Positions 42,183 through 56,222 of a DNA stretch of 64,000 nucleotides are shown piece after piece. Location of the stretch: assembly GCF_964194155.1 (NCBI RefSeq), contig NC_135916.1, forward strand, positions 992,001-1,056,000. Reading direction: 5' to 3'. Every line of letters begins with the position of its first letter. The first letter of the stretch is position 1. Source of the stretch: Cetorhinus maximus. Taxonomy: Eukaryota. The notes beneath the pieces are model-generated. The model saw only the letters and a program-made list of their open reading frames with translations. It ran no database searches and had not been told where the DNA came from. The translations under genes and the position numbers were made by a program.

Positions 42183-44511
42183 TTATGCTCCTTTTGTCTC
42201 TCTTATGTGTGAATGGACTTTTCTCTCTATCTGTCATTTTTCAATATGTACTTGTGCACATTGACTGGCACTCACAAGTATCTGGCATGGTGTTAAAGGC
42301 TAATTTTGTACATATCCTGTTTTAGCCTTTCTCTTAGGATAGCCTTGGCTTTAAGTTGTAATATTCGGCTTCTGGTATGGAAGTGCACATTTTACCTGCA
42401 CCTGACCCTTTTAGATATGAGATTCTGGTACTGAAATTGTCTGCTCGTTTCTAGCCTCTGATGTGAGCATGATTTTTACTTTTGTTAAAGTTAGCATTTT
42501 TAATGAGACTCTGCATTTACTGTGAATTTCAGTATCTGATCTACGATTGTGGATTTTAATCAGTCCTGATTTGTTTCTGTTTGGGATTGATATCTCTGTT
42601 ATAGGAGTGATATATTCCATTCTGTTATTGTCTCTTTCTAATGAGGTGAACGATCCTTTTTGATCAGAATCTGTTTAATTTGGTGCCTGAATATGGGATT
42701 TGCTTTGCAATTGTCAGATTTTGACATGAAGGAATGTTTATAATCTGTAGCAAAAGCAAAAACAAAATATCTACAGGTGGATTCTTGAAATCTCAAGAAA
42801 AAGGAAACACAATTGCTGGGAATACTGAGCAGGCCAGACAACATCTGTGGAGACAAGAGCTGAATTACCCTCCACCTGAAAATTCTGATATCAGAAAAGG
42901 TCATTGAACTGTGATGTTCACTCTCATCCTGTCTCCACAGGTGTTGGCTTCCTTGCTGAGTATTTCCTGCATTGTTGGTGTTTCTTCCTCCCCCTGTACG
43001 TGTTAATTTCCAACAAGTGAATATGGCATCACTGATCACCTGCCAATGTCTGACAAATATGTTTCACTTCTATTCTGACAGGGTTTCAACGTAGAATTTG
43101 GTGTGCGTGTGTGCACATGTGCATGTTTCTAGAAAGGAAGAAATTTATTTTTTCTGCACTTTACATAGAATGCTATGCGAATGTCAGTTCAGCCTGTATC
43201 TGTCACTTTTTAACATGTTACTATGAGTCTTATTCTTTACCTGTCTATGAATGGGGATTTTAAAATGCACCTAGTTATTTGCTGCTGTGTGACTTTTTTC
43301 TTTTATAGATGTTTGGAATTAATTATGGGTTTTTTAAAAAAATATATACTTTATTCAAAAATTATCTGAAAGAACATTTCTAAATCGCCATCACAAAAAG
43401 TGCAATCAGATTCAACTTTTACACATGGATCAAGAGTTGCTTCTATACAATCAATGAATATTACAATCAATTCAATATGGTCATTACAGGCAGTCAGACA
43501 GCGCAATGATATTGGAGTTATCAACATACATCATGTTGCACTTTTGAGGTGTTTCAATACTATTACTATTCAGTGCAGATATTTTTTTGTGAGCCGTACA
43601 GCTTTACTCTGGGTATTTAACTCTCTGTAATGCACTTGTGGCTATTACTCTGCACCTGCCAGTGCCTGACATGTGAGGATGCATTTTGCATTCACTGTTG
43701 CTGACATGTAAAGCAAATTTTACTACTTAACTCTCAGTTACTGGTATATAGATGTGCAGATTTTATTCTGTATCTGTAATTCTGTGATATGTCAGTTTGA
43801 TTCATTTTCCTGTTGTTTGGCTCAGGGTCAGAAATATGAGCATGGAAAAAAAATATGTTGAAACACTTAGGCTATTTTAAATGAATGAGAATTTAATTAT
43901 TTGCTTTCAGTCCCCAGAATGAGAATGTGCCCTATGCTTATCATATTCTTGTATGTGAGTATTGTCTTTCCTCCAGGTCTGTATGCACCTTGTAGGTCAT
44001 GGTCGGTTTTGCTGTAAACATGTCAGCCTGTATTACTTGATTGTGATGTTCACATTGCAGCTTTCAATTTAGTGTGTGAGCATGGACCATTCGCTCCCTC
44101 CCCCCAACCCCTCAACCCAAACCTACAGATTTTGATGCATGTTCATGTGTGATTTTAGCGTAGCTATCAACGTCTGCTTTCTGGGTATCCATTTTCTTCC
44201 TATTTTTAAAATTCTGTTATGGGAAACTTGATTTTATTCTACACCTCTCTATCGCTGGTATGTGTCTGTGGTTTTACAATGTAAGCATCTGCCCCTGTCA
44301 TGGGAATTCAGGTTTCTTCTGTATCTGTCAGTCTCTCCTATGACAGTGCTGTAATGTTATTTGCCGTACTTGTCAATATCTGCTTTGTCAGTTAAGGTTT
44401 AACCTATCTTCTTTGTAGAGATCTGTTGATATAACTATTAGTGAGTATATTGACCTGGCACGTGATGTGTATGTGTGTCTGTCTTAATGAATATGTACTT
44501 TATCATTATCA

Positions 44512-45137
44512 GGGGGAGGCGATGGTGTTGTGATGTTGTCATTGTTGTCACTATTAATCCAAAGACCTAGGGTAATACTCTGGGGACCCGGGTTCGAATC
44601 CTGCCGAGGTTTGGCGGATTGTGAATTCAATAAAAATCTGGAATTAAAAGAATAATGGTGACCATTGTCGAATGTTGTAAGAACCCACCTGGTTGACCAA
44701 TGCCGGAAACCTGTTGTCCTTACTTAGTCTGGTCTACATGTGGTGTTGTGTTAGACCCACTTGGCCACTCACTTGTAATAAACTGCTAAAAAGTCACAAA
44801 AATGGAATGGAATCAGATGGACCACCCGACACTGACTGAGGCACCGGAAACAAAAATGACTAAATTCAGCCCTGTCGACCCTGAAGGTAGATGGGAACAC
44901 CTCCAGCTAGAATTTCCACTCCAAGTCACTGCACGATCCTGACTTGGAAATATATCCCGTTCCTTCACTGTCGCTGGGGAAAAATTTTGGAACTGCCTCC
45001 CTAACAGCAGTGTGGGTGTACCTACACCACGTGGACAGCAGGAGTTCAAGAAAGCAGCTCACCACCACCTTCTCAAGGGCAAGTAAATGGTGGCACAGCC
45101 AGAAAAGCAAACATCCCGTGAATGAATTTAAAAAAAG
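44512..45137 (+). mobile_element. tRNA-derived SINE, duplicate of 28677-29295
   Basis: Perfect B box GGTTCGAATCC at ~44592; same tail. Confidence 0.72.
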
Positions 45138-45291
45138 ATATTATATGGGATCTTTGGTGTTGAATTTATGGTGTTGCTTTATGAATGCTGGGTGCACTCA
45201 AGGATTAATTCTGTAAATTTCAATCAGCTTTAATACCTGGTATTTAAATTACAGGCGATGTTCTACTCTTGTGACATGAAAGGGCTGCCCT

Positions 45292-46332
45292 TCAATCTGA
45301 TAATGGCTGTGATTGTTGACTGCAATTGGTGGACCTGCAATTCAGCAGTACTGAGTAGGAGTGTACTGTAGTAAAATTATTCCACCTCCCCTGAGTGTCT
45401 GACCATTGGATGGAGCATTTGTACCTGGGTTTGAGATCAATTTGAGCCTGACTATTTCTGTTCTCGGTGATGGTGGAGCTGATGTTCTGTCTGTATCTCT
45501 GCACTCTCGGAGTAACATCGTGCCTGCTGTCAGTTAGAAAGAGGTGGCTAGACGTTTATTTTTCCTGGGATATCATCAGCTTGAAACTGATCCCTTCATT
45601 GATTTGCCTGGAGGAAGAAACATAAGTCTTGTAACACAAAATCAGCAGAGGACATTGAAAAACAATAGGTCAACATAATCTTTCAACTGACAATAAATAA
45701 AAAAATATATATCTAGATGCAAAACATAACGATACAATAAATACTACAGTGTCTGATTCCACGTCAGCAACCTGCTTTGGTAGTTTTCAAGCAATTGAGT
45801 GACACTCAGAAACAATCCACATCCGTATGGCTCCAAGGGTGACACTCCCCGAGGATACAAAGACAGTTCAGATATCAATATCCAGCTCTCAGCCGGTGCT
45901 AAAATGTTTATATCTTAATAGCTGGTGCCTCCAAAGCGTGACCCCTACATGGTTACTCTCCTCCTTACTCTCTGCCTGTTACCACTGTTCACTGTCCAAA
46001 TGCCGACAAGTTGCATGAATCAGCAGCTATACTTGGAATATGCATTACAGGTTTGAGGGGAGAAAATCCCAATAGTTTACAATTGCAGCTTCCTCAGGTT
46101 CTGTCTCCCTCAGCAGGGCCACACACAGCCCCAGAAAGGCCTCTCCCCGACCACCCGCTCACTCCAAGTTCCGGAACACGTTCGCGCTCCGCTCCGCCTC
46201 TTACAAACAGCCCCCGGTTCCCCCTGAACTTACCCCGAGTCAATGATGATTTCTGTGTCCACACTGACAAACCGGTGCCCTGCTGGAATCAGAACGCTGT
46301 TTACTCGCTTACCCGGGCCCTAAGATTTCCAT
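45292..46332 (-). CDS. Putative two-exon 83-aa protein, second open copy (46332-46313 joined to 45523-45292)
   Basis: Same signals as 29451-30491; two amino acid differences; prediction only. Confidence 0.35.
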
Positions 46333-46404
46333 TTCTATCTGTTTGAAACAAAGGTCTCCCGCTCACTGAGTGAAAGGCCCTCAAAGGTCATTTCTTGGGA
46401 GAAA

Positions 46405-46515
46405 TGAGGGGCGCATGCGCTCTTCTAGCCATGTCTGAGAAAACTGAGGGCAGCAATGCGCAAGCGCTTCCCTGGAAGTGATGTCACAGAACAGACGTCA
46501 TTTGCTCCGCCCCTC
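46405..46515 (-). promoter_or_regulatory. NRF1-type promoter
   Basis: GCGCATGCGC at 46411-46420, GGAAGT, GACGTCA, CCGCCCC. Confidence 0.6.
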
Positions 46516-46761
46516 AGTCAATGTTCTCCAGCTTGAGCATCACAATGGGGCTGTGTTGAACGGGCAGAGTTTCAGGCAGGTAGACGATTACTGAATGAAG
46601 CTCAAACTGATATCGCTCCCTGCAGCATCTTAGCTGTTCATTCACCGGTTTAGCAAATCAATCCGCCCAGTGAATCTATGTCAAAAAAAAACAGAATTAC
46701 CTGGAAAAACTCAGCAAGTCTGGCAGCATCGGCGGAGAAGAAATCAGTTAACGTTTCGAGC

Positions 46762-48657
46762 CGTCTCAATTTCTCTGCTCCTCTCACCCATTCTAATCTG
46801 TCTCTCTCTGAACTCACTGCACTCCGTTCTCTCAGGTCCAACCCCAACATTGTCATCAAACCCGCTGACAAAGGTGGTACTGTTGTTGTCTTGCGCATGG
46901 ACCTCTACCTCGCGGAGGCTGAGCGTCAACTCGCAGACGTTTCCTCCTACCTCTCCCTGGACCATGACCCCACCACAGAACATCAAGCCATTGTTTCCAG
47001 GACTGTCACTGACCTCATCTCCTCTGGAGATCTTCCTCCCACAGCTTCCAACTTGATAGTCGCCCACCTCGGATGGCCTGCTTCTACCTCCTACCCAATA
47101 TCCACAAACAGAACTGTCCTGGCAGACCGATCGTGTCAGCCTGTTCCTGCCCCACGGAACTCATTTCTCGTTATCTTGACTCCCTTCTCTCTCCCCTTGT
47201 CCAGTCTCTTCCCACCTACATCCGTGATTCCTCTGACACCTTACGTCACATCAACAATTTCCAGTTCCCTGGCCCCAACCGCTTCCTCTTCACCATGGAT
47301 GTCCAATCCCTCTACACCTCCATCCCCCACCAGGATGGTCTGAGGGCCCTCAGCTTCTTCCTTGAACAGAGGCCCCAACAATCCCCATCCACCACTACTC
47401 TCCTCCGTCTGGCTGAACTTGTTCTCACACTGATCAATTTCTCCTTTAACTCCTCTCACTTCCTCCAAATAAAAGGTGTGGCTATGGGTACCCGCATGGG
47501 CCCCAGCTATGCCTGTCTCTTTATGGGGTATGTGGAACATTCCTTGTTCCGGTCCTACTCCGGCCCCCTCCCACAACTCTTTCTCCGGTACATCGATGAT
47601 TACTTCGGTGCTGCTTCATGCTCTCGTCGGGACCTGGAAAAATTTAGTAATTTTGCTTACAATCTCCACCCCTCCATCATCTTCACATGGTCCATCTCTG
47701 ACACTTCTCTTCCCTTCCTTGACCTCTGTCTCAATTTCTGATGATAGACTGTCCACCAATATCCATTACAAGCCTACCGACTCCCACAGCTACCTCGACT
47801 ACAGCTCCTCACACCCCGCTTCCTGTAAAGACTCCATCCCATTCTCTCAGTCCCTTCGCCTCCGTCGCATCTGTTCTGATGACGCTACCTTCAAAAACAG
47901 CTCCTCTGACATGTCCTCCTTCTTCCTTAACCGAGGTTTTCCATCCACGGTCGTTGACAGGGCCCTCAACCGTGTCCGGCCCATATCCCGCGCATCCTCC
48001 CTCACGCCTTCTCCTCCTTCCCAGAAACATGATAGGGTCCCCCTTGTCCTCACTTATCACCCCACCAGCCTCCGCATTCAAAGGATCATCCTCCGCCATT
48101 TCCGCCAACTCCATCATGATGCCACCACCAAACACATCTTCCCTTCACCCCCCTTGACGGCATTCCGTAGGGATCGTTCCCTCCGGGACACCCTGGTCCA
48201 CTCCTCCATCACCCCCTACTCCTCAACCCCCACTTATGGCACCTCCCCATGCCCACGCAGAAGATGCAACACCTGCCCCTTCACTTCCTCTCTCCTCACC
48301 GTCCAAGGGCCCAAACACTCCTTTCAAGTGAAGCAGCATTTCACTTGCATTTCCCCTAACTTAGTCTACTGCATTCGTTGCTCCCAATGCAGTCTCCTCT
48401 ACATTGGAGAGACCAAACGCAAACTGGGCGACCGTTTTGCGGAACAACTGCGGTCTGTCCGCAAGAAAGACCCAAACCTCCCTGTCGCTTGCCATTTCAA
48501 CACTCCACACTGTTCTCTTGCCAACATGTCTGTCCTTGGCTTGCTGCATTGTTCCAGTGAAGCCCAACGCAAACTGGAGGAACAGCACCTCATCTTCCGA
48601 CTAGGCACTTTACAGCCCACTGGGCTGAATATTGAATTCAACAACTTTAGATCTTAA
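46762..48657 (+). pseudogene. Penelope RT and GIY-YIG endonuclease ORF with two frameshifts
   Basis: IKPADKGG, GVAMGTRMGPSYA, RYIDD and NLVYCIRC..LYIGET motifs; shifts near 47065 and 47725. Confidence 0.9.
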
Positions 48658-49022
48658 ACTCCCCCTCCCCCCATCCCCACCCCGTTTCTTTTCCCCCCCC
48701 CACCCGCTTTTTTTTCAATAATTTATATAGATTCTTCTTTCCCCACCTATTTCCATTATTTTTAAATCTAAAACTAAAACCTTTAGTCTTTCCACCCCAC
48801 CCCCACTAGAGCTGTACTTTGAATATCCTGTTTTCCATTCTTAATTAGCACTTTTCTCAGACAAAGAACTCCACCTTCAACACCTCTTTGATCCTTTTGT
48901 CTGTGACATCTTTTGATTATCTGCTCACACCACACCCTCAATGTGTCTCTTTCCCCCACCCCCCCCCTACCCCCCACCCACCTTAAACCAATTTATATTT
49001 CTCCCTTGTTGAAACTATGCTG

Positions 49023-49063
49023 CAGTTCTGCCGAAGGGCCATGAAAGCTCGAAACGTTAACTG
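49023..49063 (+). ncRNA. Hammerhead-like motif in Penelope pLTR
   Basis: CAGTT-CTGCCGA-AGGGC..GCTC-GAAAC-GTT-AACTG. Confidence 0.6.
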
Positions 49064-50418
49064 ATTTCTTCTCCGCCGATGCTGCCAGACTTGCTGAGTT
49101 TTTCCAGGTAATTCTGTTTTTGTTTTGGATTTCCAGCATCCGCAGTAGCTTTTAGCTTTTTGTTTTTATCAGTGAATCTATGTGTTTGCTGTGACCAGGC
49201 AGAAGTTAATGTCTGGTCTTAAAAGTCACTGTTTAATATAATCAGTTTGAACCTCTCAGTCACTGAGTGTCAATTCGAACATTTTGTGTCCAAAGTTTAA
49301 AGAGAGCTCCAGAGGTTATGGATCATTACATTTCGGATACTATTCACCTCACCCACTGGCATTACTTCTGTTTGTGTGATAGAAATGTGTCTGCCTTTGG
49401 CCCAGTAATAGCTGGAGCTGAATCACGTCATCTCTCACCTCTGTGGGTCTGTCAGTTTTAAATTAGTTTTCCCTATCAGGTTCAGAATCTTCGGTGTTTC
49501 AAAAAGGAAACCTCTCAATCTTCTAAGTTCCAATGATTAAAAGTTCAACTTGTTTATGATTCCCTCATCAGCCCACAGCATCATTTCAGGAATCTAGTCA
49601 GGAAAATTCACTGAATAATTTCAATATAATTAAATCCCTCTCTGGTTCTAAAAGATGTTTGGGACAAAATTATTAATTATCATATTTTTATAATCTTTTG
49701 AAATAATTATAAAATGTATGCCTCTATCCGATGATAGATGCGAGGGCCACTCATTGCTATATTGACACGTGGTAGCAATAGAGAGAGCGATTTCTCTGTT
49801 TCTCCCTCCCTTGCTCCTTTTATCTCCTTCACTCTTGCTCCCTCCCCCCCCCCTATCTCGCGACTTCTGTTACTAATGTTAATGATAGGTCAATATACAC
49901 TGGCAATGTGAACACTCGCCCCGTGTTATGAGTCAGAATGTCACTGTTCCTTCTCCTCTCGGAAATTCAGGCCTGACATTTGATCTGATTACTAAATTGA
50001 TTTCACCCGAAGGAGAGTCAGACTGACTCGAAAAGTTAACTCTGTCTTCCTCTCCACAGAGGCTCTCAGACCTGCTGAGTTTTTCCAGCTATTTTTGTTT
50101 TTGTTTCAGATTTCCAACACCTGCACTATTTTACTTTTATTTCATCGGATCATCTCCAAACAAAAATCAAAACAAACTCTGAAAACACCTTTCATTTTCA
50201 GGAACGTGACTATGCACGTCTTTGTGTTCATATATAACTGGCCCACTCTGGTTGTTGAGGTAGGGGTACATTGCAAACTGTGAAATTGTGACCTGTCAGT
50301 TCAGGAGGAGCAACATAAACAGGGAAGTCTGGAGGGACCAGTTGCAGTAAATTTGTATTGTCACCAGAAATAAACATCTTGATGTGAGCTTTTCAGATAA
50401 TAGCGTGAAATGACATAT

Positions 50419-51305
50419 CACAGAATCACACAAAGTGCAGAAGAGGCCCTTCGGCCCATCGAGTCTGCACTGACACGTGAGAAACACCTGACCTACCTAC
50501 TTAATCACATTTACCAGCACATAGCCCATAGGCCTGAATGTTATGACTTGCCAAGTGCTCATCCAGGCACTTTTAAAAGGATGTGAGGCAACCCGCCACG
50601 ACCACCCTCCAAGGCAGCGCATTCCAGACCATCACCACCCTCTGGGTTAAAAAAGTTATTCCTCACAGTCGCCATGAACCACCTGCCCCTCACCTTGAAC
50701 TTATACCCCCTTGTGACTGACCCTTCAACTAAGGGGAACACCTGCTCCCTATCCATACTGTCTATGTCCCTAATAATCTTGTACACCTCGGTCAGGTCGC
50801 CCATCAGCCCTCTCTGCTCCAACGTAAACAACACAAGAGAATCCAACCTCTTTTCATAACCTAAATGTTTCATACCAGGCCACATCCTGGTGAATCTCCT
50901 CTGCACCACCTCCAGTGCAATCACATCCTTCATATAATGTGGCCACCAGATTGTACTCCAGCTGTAGCCTCACCAAGGCTCTATACAACTCCAACATGAC
51001 CTCCCTACTTTTGTAATCTATGCCTCGATTGATTAAGGCAAGTGTCTCATGTGCCTTTCCCCCACCCCACTAACATGCCCCTCCACCTTCAGAGATCTAG
51101 GGACACACACGCCAAGGTCCCTTTGTTCCTCAGATCTTCCTAGTGTCATGCCGTTCATTGAATACTTCCTTGTCAAATTACTCCTTCCATAGTGTATCAC
51201 CTCACAGTTTTCAGGGTAAAACTCCATCTGCCACTTATCTGCCACTTGACCATCCCGTCTATATCTTCCTGTAGCCCAACACACTCAACCTCGCCGTTAA
51301 ACACC
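50419..51305 (-). mobile_element. CR1 3' fragment, duplicate of 32044-32935
   Basis: KDVIALEVVQRRFTRM and WQMEF motifs. Confidence 0.9.
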
Positions 51306-52028
51306 AATTTGCGAATGAGACCATCTACGGCTCCCATGCCTCAGAGAGCTAAACGTTCGCTGAGTTTACAATCGACAATATTCTTCATAGAAAAGGGCGC
51401 AAAGTACGAAAAAGAGGAGGAATTCACGCCTGAGAGATTCACATTATTGACCGTTGTTGCCTGTAAACATGTAGATGTGAACATTGTGTAAGAGAGTGTT
51501 GGAACTGGGCGGGCGAGTCAGAGGAATGAAACTGTGTTTCCGTCTCCGTTCTGATCATGAGATTTCCGAGTTCTGCTTGCCTAAACTAAAAATATTTTAT
51601 ATTCAAAAGTTCCCTCTTTTCCCCAGCTTGACGCCAAAGTGAGATTTAAAGGCAATTTCTTTGTTGTTATCTAGATTTCAGTCGATAAGTAGAGGACATG
51701 TCAGAGATCGGGTGAAGGAGCCGCAGTAAATCCGGTTTTAATCGAAATTCGAGTCTTCAGTTCGCGTCAAATCTTTTCAACAGCGAACATTACAATGTCA
51801 GAGATAAGAAGGATTCAGTCTGGGACACTGGAGAGCCGGAATTTCCATGGAATTGGGGAGTTTGTGAGGAGAGAAAAACACAGAGAGGCAGCAGCAGCCT
51901 GGAGCTGACAGCAGCCTGTCTCCGCCCCGTCCGCTCGCTGCCTTTAAGTTGCTCAGTGCCGCCACCAGCGGCTTCATTTCTGAGCCCGTTCAGATCGACA
52001 GAGACACTTTTGTGCAGAGTCCCGGAAC

Positions 52029-52685
52029 ATGACCGATACTGCAGCCGCCGAAACGGCTCCTCCAGCCGCTCCCGCCGCCCAAGTCAAGACTCCCAAGAAG
52101 AAGAAGAAGGCGGCTCCCCGGAGCAGTGCAGCCGGTCCCAAGCTGGGCGAGCAGATCCTCAAGGTTGTGGCGGATTACAACGATCGCAAGGGGATGTCGC
52201 TGCCCGCGATCAAGAAGGCGCTGCGCGGCAAAGGGCTGGATGTGGAGAAACTCGGCTCCCAGATCAAGCAAAGCATCAAGAGGAATGTGAAGAATGGCTT
52301 CCTGGTTCAGGTCAAGGGCACGGGCGCCTCGGGCTCCTTCAAAGTCCCTAAGAACACAACCCCGGGGAAAGTGGGAAAGAAGGCGAAGGCAGCAGCTGGC
52401 AAGAAATCTCCAGTGAAGAAAGCGGCAGCCAAGAAGGTGACAGCAAAGAAAGCAGCGGCCAAGAAGACTCCAGTCAAGAAAGCAACGGCCAAGAAGACTC
52501 CAGTCAAGAAAGCAGCGGCCAAGAAATCCCCAGCGAAGAAAGCAGCGGCCAAGAAACCAGCCAAGAAGGCGGCAACTCCCAAAAAGCCGGTGAAGAAAGC
52601 AGCCCCCAAGAAAAAGTCTCCGGCCAAGAAGGTGACGGGCGTCAAAAAAGTGGTGATCGGGAGGGCCAAGCCCAAAACGAGATAA
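52029..52685 (+). CDS. H1: Histone H1
   Basis: 218-aa paralog; stem-loop at 52743-52758. Confidence 0.97.
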   Translation: MTDTAAAETAPPAAPAAQVKTPKKKKKAAPRSSAAGPKLGEQILKVVADYNDRKGMSLPAIKKALRGKGLDVEKLGSQIKQSIKRNVKNGFLVQVKGTGASGSFKVPKNTTPGKVGKKAKAAAGKKSPVKKAAAKKVTAKKAAAKKTPVKKATAKKTPVKKAAAKKSPAKKAAAKKPAKKAATPKKPVKKAAPKKKSPAKKVTGVKKVVIGRAKPKTR

Positions 52686-53202
52686 GCAAAGACAGGAAAG
52701 AAGGGAAAGATCCCGAGCAAATTGTAAACCTCTAAACCCAAAGGCTCTTTTCAGAGCCACCCACATTTCACATGAAAGAGCTGATCCCCTGATCATTTGA
52801 TCCCTGTCTCGGGGCTGGGAGCTGATTTCAGATGGAAATGTTTCTTTATCCTCCCATGTAAATCCTATTTTCCCACTCACTCACTGACACACTCTCCACC
52901 CGTCCCCTCCCGCACTGTGCAATAAGACACAGGGATATCCTTACAGCTCCCTAAACGGGATGTGTCTGAGTGCATTCAATGTTTATCTTCGTTCCTTTAT
53001 TCACATTTTCAGGGTCTGCAATGGAGTGATAATGGAGTAAAACCCCGTCTCACAACTAATAACCATACCTTTATATTTTCTCTAATTCTGTTGGATGAGG
53101 TGTCAAGCGAATTTCCCAATCCCATTTGGGGGTGTGGAAGGAAGGGTGAGGCTTGAGTCTAGAGATTTGTGTGTATAGAATATTACAAGGATTGAAATAG
53201 AA

Positions 53203-53632
53203 ACAAAAACAAAAATACCTGGAAAAACTCAGCAGGTCTGACAGCATGGGCGGAGAGGAACACAGTTTACGTTTCGAGTCCTCATGACCCTTCAACAGAA
53301 CTAAGTAAAAGTAGAAAAGGGGTGAAATATAAGCTGGTTTAAGGGAGGGGGGTGGGACAAGAAGAGTTAGGTAGAGGGCCAGTGATACGTGGAGATAACC
53401 AAATGATGTCCCAGACAAGAGGACAAAGAGGTGTTGAAGGTGGTGATATTATCTAAAGGAATGTGCTAATTAAGGGTAGAAAGCAGGACAAGCAAGGTGC
53501 AGATAGCCCTAGTGGGGGTGGGGGTGGAGTGAACGAATCGAAACAGGCTAAAAGGTAGAGATAAAACAATGGATATAAATACATTTAAGAATATTGGAAA
53601 TATGTGGGGAAAGAAAAATCTATATACATTAT
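53203..53632 (-). mobile_element. Penelope pLTR/3' fragment upstream of H4
   Basis: Reverse complement resembles 48720-49125; hammerhead-like motif at 53264-53302. Confidence 0.85.
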
Positions 53633-53852
53633 TGGATAAATAACTGCGTTTATGGCAGGCAGGAGGAGGAGCTGATTTACCAAAGACCTTGTTCTGACTG
53701 GTACTCAGTGTCTCCCGCCCCGTCTCTCACACACACAAACACACACACACTCTGTTTCTCTCTCTCTCTCCCTTCCTCAGTCAGGTCGGGGCGGGCTGTA
53801 TAAAAGCGGAACGTGAAGCAGCTCCCCACTCATTCAGCAGCGATTTGACTGA

Positions 53853-54173
<321 letters not shown>

Positions 54174-55269
54174 ACAAATCGACCCGACTCTATAACAAAA
54201 CCCAAAGGCTCTTCTAAGAGCCGCCCACAACCTCACATTGAGAGCAGTGACTTCTGAAGGGGGAGAGGGGAAAATAAATCTTTGTATTTTCTTATTAAGA
54301 GGCACTGCTTTGCCACCAATGCATCCTCTTTTCACAATACCATCGTGAGTTTCAAAAATACCTTGGTTTAATTTAGATCTGTTTTCACGAATTACCGTCC
54401 TTTCTACCCGACGACCACGGCTCTACCCAATGTAATGTCGAATTTCATCAGGAGAAACTATTCTTAAACCTTTTATTCCCCCTTCGACGCTCTAATTTTA
54501 TTTTTTTTCCCCATCGGTTTCTGTTCCTGGGTCTTTGACGCATGACAGGACCTGGGAGGTACCAGCTTTATATGGATCAGCCTGTATCGATTCAGCATGT
54601 CTGAACAGAGCTTTATCCTGGCCTGCCTCTGAACAATCAGATAAAGAATCCGAATTCAAGACGGGTTATAAGGCAGACATTGACTGTCTCTTGCTGCCGA
54701 TTATATTCAGAGCATATTTTACAGCCGGCATGAATCAGACCAATATCGATTTACAGACTTGAAAAGTAAAACTACCCTTAATCACCTCTATTCTGCAACA
54801 CGGGCCGAACAGAAGTTTTGAACAGATAGATGTTTGATGGCCGCCCAGGACACGATGGACTTTTTCTATGTTGTACAACTTTATTTCTCTATCAGAAGGG
54901 AAAACTCTGCTTTTGGCGCTCGGTTTGGACTATACTAAACATGCATTTCTGAATAATTGTGGAAGAGAGTTTGAATGAAAGTGGGGTATTGGATAAATCC
55001 ATTAAATTGAGGTCCACCGGGCAACGGCACATGGTTGTGATGTACAGTCAAAGGCCAAATGTTATTCAAACCCAACAAATAATGAAGCCGGAATGAGAGA
55101 GGGATGCAGTTTCCGCCAGTTCATTTTACCTATTACAATAATTAGAACATAATCGTTCATCAGTGTAAATTTCGACAGATACACGGTTTACATAAACGGT
55201 CTGCAAGCCCCCCTCCCCCATAAAGACCCCACCGCGCACCCATTCACCAGCAGAAACAGGAACCACACC

Positions 55270-55663
55270 ATTTTCTCTTAAACATCTATAGCGCGTTGAC
55301 ATGAATAAACCGAGTCGGTTGATGAGGTTTCTGTGTGAGTGCCAAAATTTCCCCCATCAATAGGAGTTTTATTCCAGCCTGTTGCAAACCGATCAGGGAA
55401 TGAATGAGAATTTAATCCACGTTCCAAAGCAGGAAGTCGGAGCTGGGACCGAAATGGGACTTGCAAACATTGAGATATTATGATATTTCTACTTTGAGAT
55501 TTATTTTATCTGCCTTCAAACTAGGTTTATTTCAATGTCAGTTACTCGTCCCTCTGAAATTGGCGGGCATTTTGAAATTGATGAACTGTCAGTTGCTGCT
55601 CCACCAATCAGGGCCCAGAAATCCATGCAGCCCGCTGCTCTTTTCAAAGTTCTCGGCGGGATT
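55270..55663 (+). promoter_or_regulatory. Truncated H3 upstream region with no CDS
   Basis: Matches ~1515-1907 and breaks at CGGCGGGATT, before the second CCAAT box and TATA. Confidence 0.85.
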
Positions 55664-55673
55664 CCTTCTTATA

Positions 55674-56136
55674 AATCCTTCTTATCTCTAACACTGTAAT
55701 GTTCGCTGTCGAAAATATTTCACGCGAATTGAAGACTCCCATTTCGATTTAAACCTGATTTTCTGCGGCTCCTTCACCCGATCTCTGACATGTCCTCTAC
55801 TCTTAGACTGAAATATCGAGAACAACAAAGAAATTGTCTTGAAATCTCACTTTGGGGTTAAGCTGGGGAGCAGGGGGTGTATTCCTTTGGAAAATATTTT
55901 TATCTTACCCAAGCGGGGCTCGGAAATTTCCTGATCAGAACGGACACACAAACACAGTTTCATTCCTCTGACTCGCCCGCCCACTTCAAACACTCTCTTA
56001 CACAATGTTCACACTTAGAGGTTCATTGGCAACAAGATGAACAATTGTAAATGTCTCGGTAGAGATTTCCTTCTCTTTTCGATCTTTGCTCCGGTTTCTA
56101 TTTATTTGCTAACATTAAACACTCTGAGGCATTGGA
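55674..56136 (-). repeat. Inverted copy of H1 upstream region
   Basis: Reverse complement of ~17571-18053. Confidence 0.9.
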
Positions 56137-56222
56137 AGAAGGGAAAGATCCCGAGCAAATTGTAAACCTCTAAACTCAAAGGTTCTTCTCAGAGCCACCC
56201 ACATTTCACATGAAAGAATTGA
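56137..56222 (+). pseudogene. Orphan H1 3'UTR with degenerate stem-loop and HDE
   Basis: Matches H1 3'UTRs; GGTTCTTCTCAGAGCC at 56181-56196; GAAAGAATTG. Confidence 0.85.

Larger units (their letters stand above)
46682..49169 (+). mobile_element. Penelope-like retroelement, 5'-truncated, with inverted 5' pLTR piece
   Basis: RT and GIY-YIG frames; 14-bp TSD CAGTGAATCTATGT at 46668-46681 and 49170-49183; empty site at ~30790. Confidence 0.93.

Noticed and set aside
41872-42325. Cys/Val-rich and His/Thr-rich ORFs
   Set aside because: Translations of the TG minisatellite
44512-44605. tRNA gene suggested by A and B boxes
   Set aside because: No cloverleaf, and it continues into SINE body and tail
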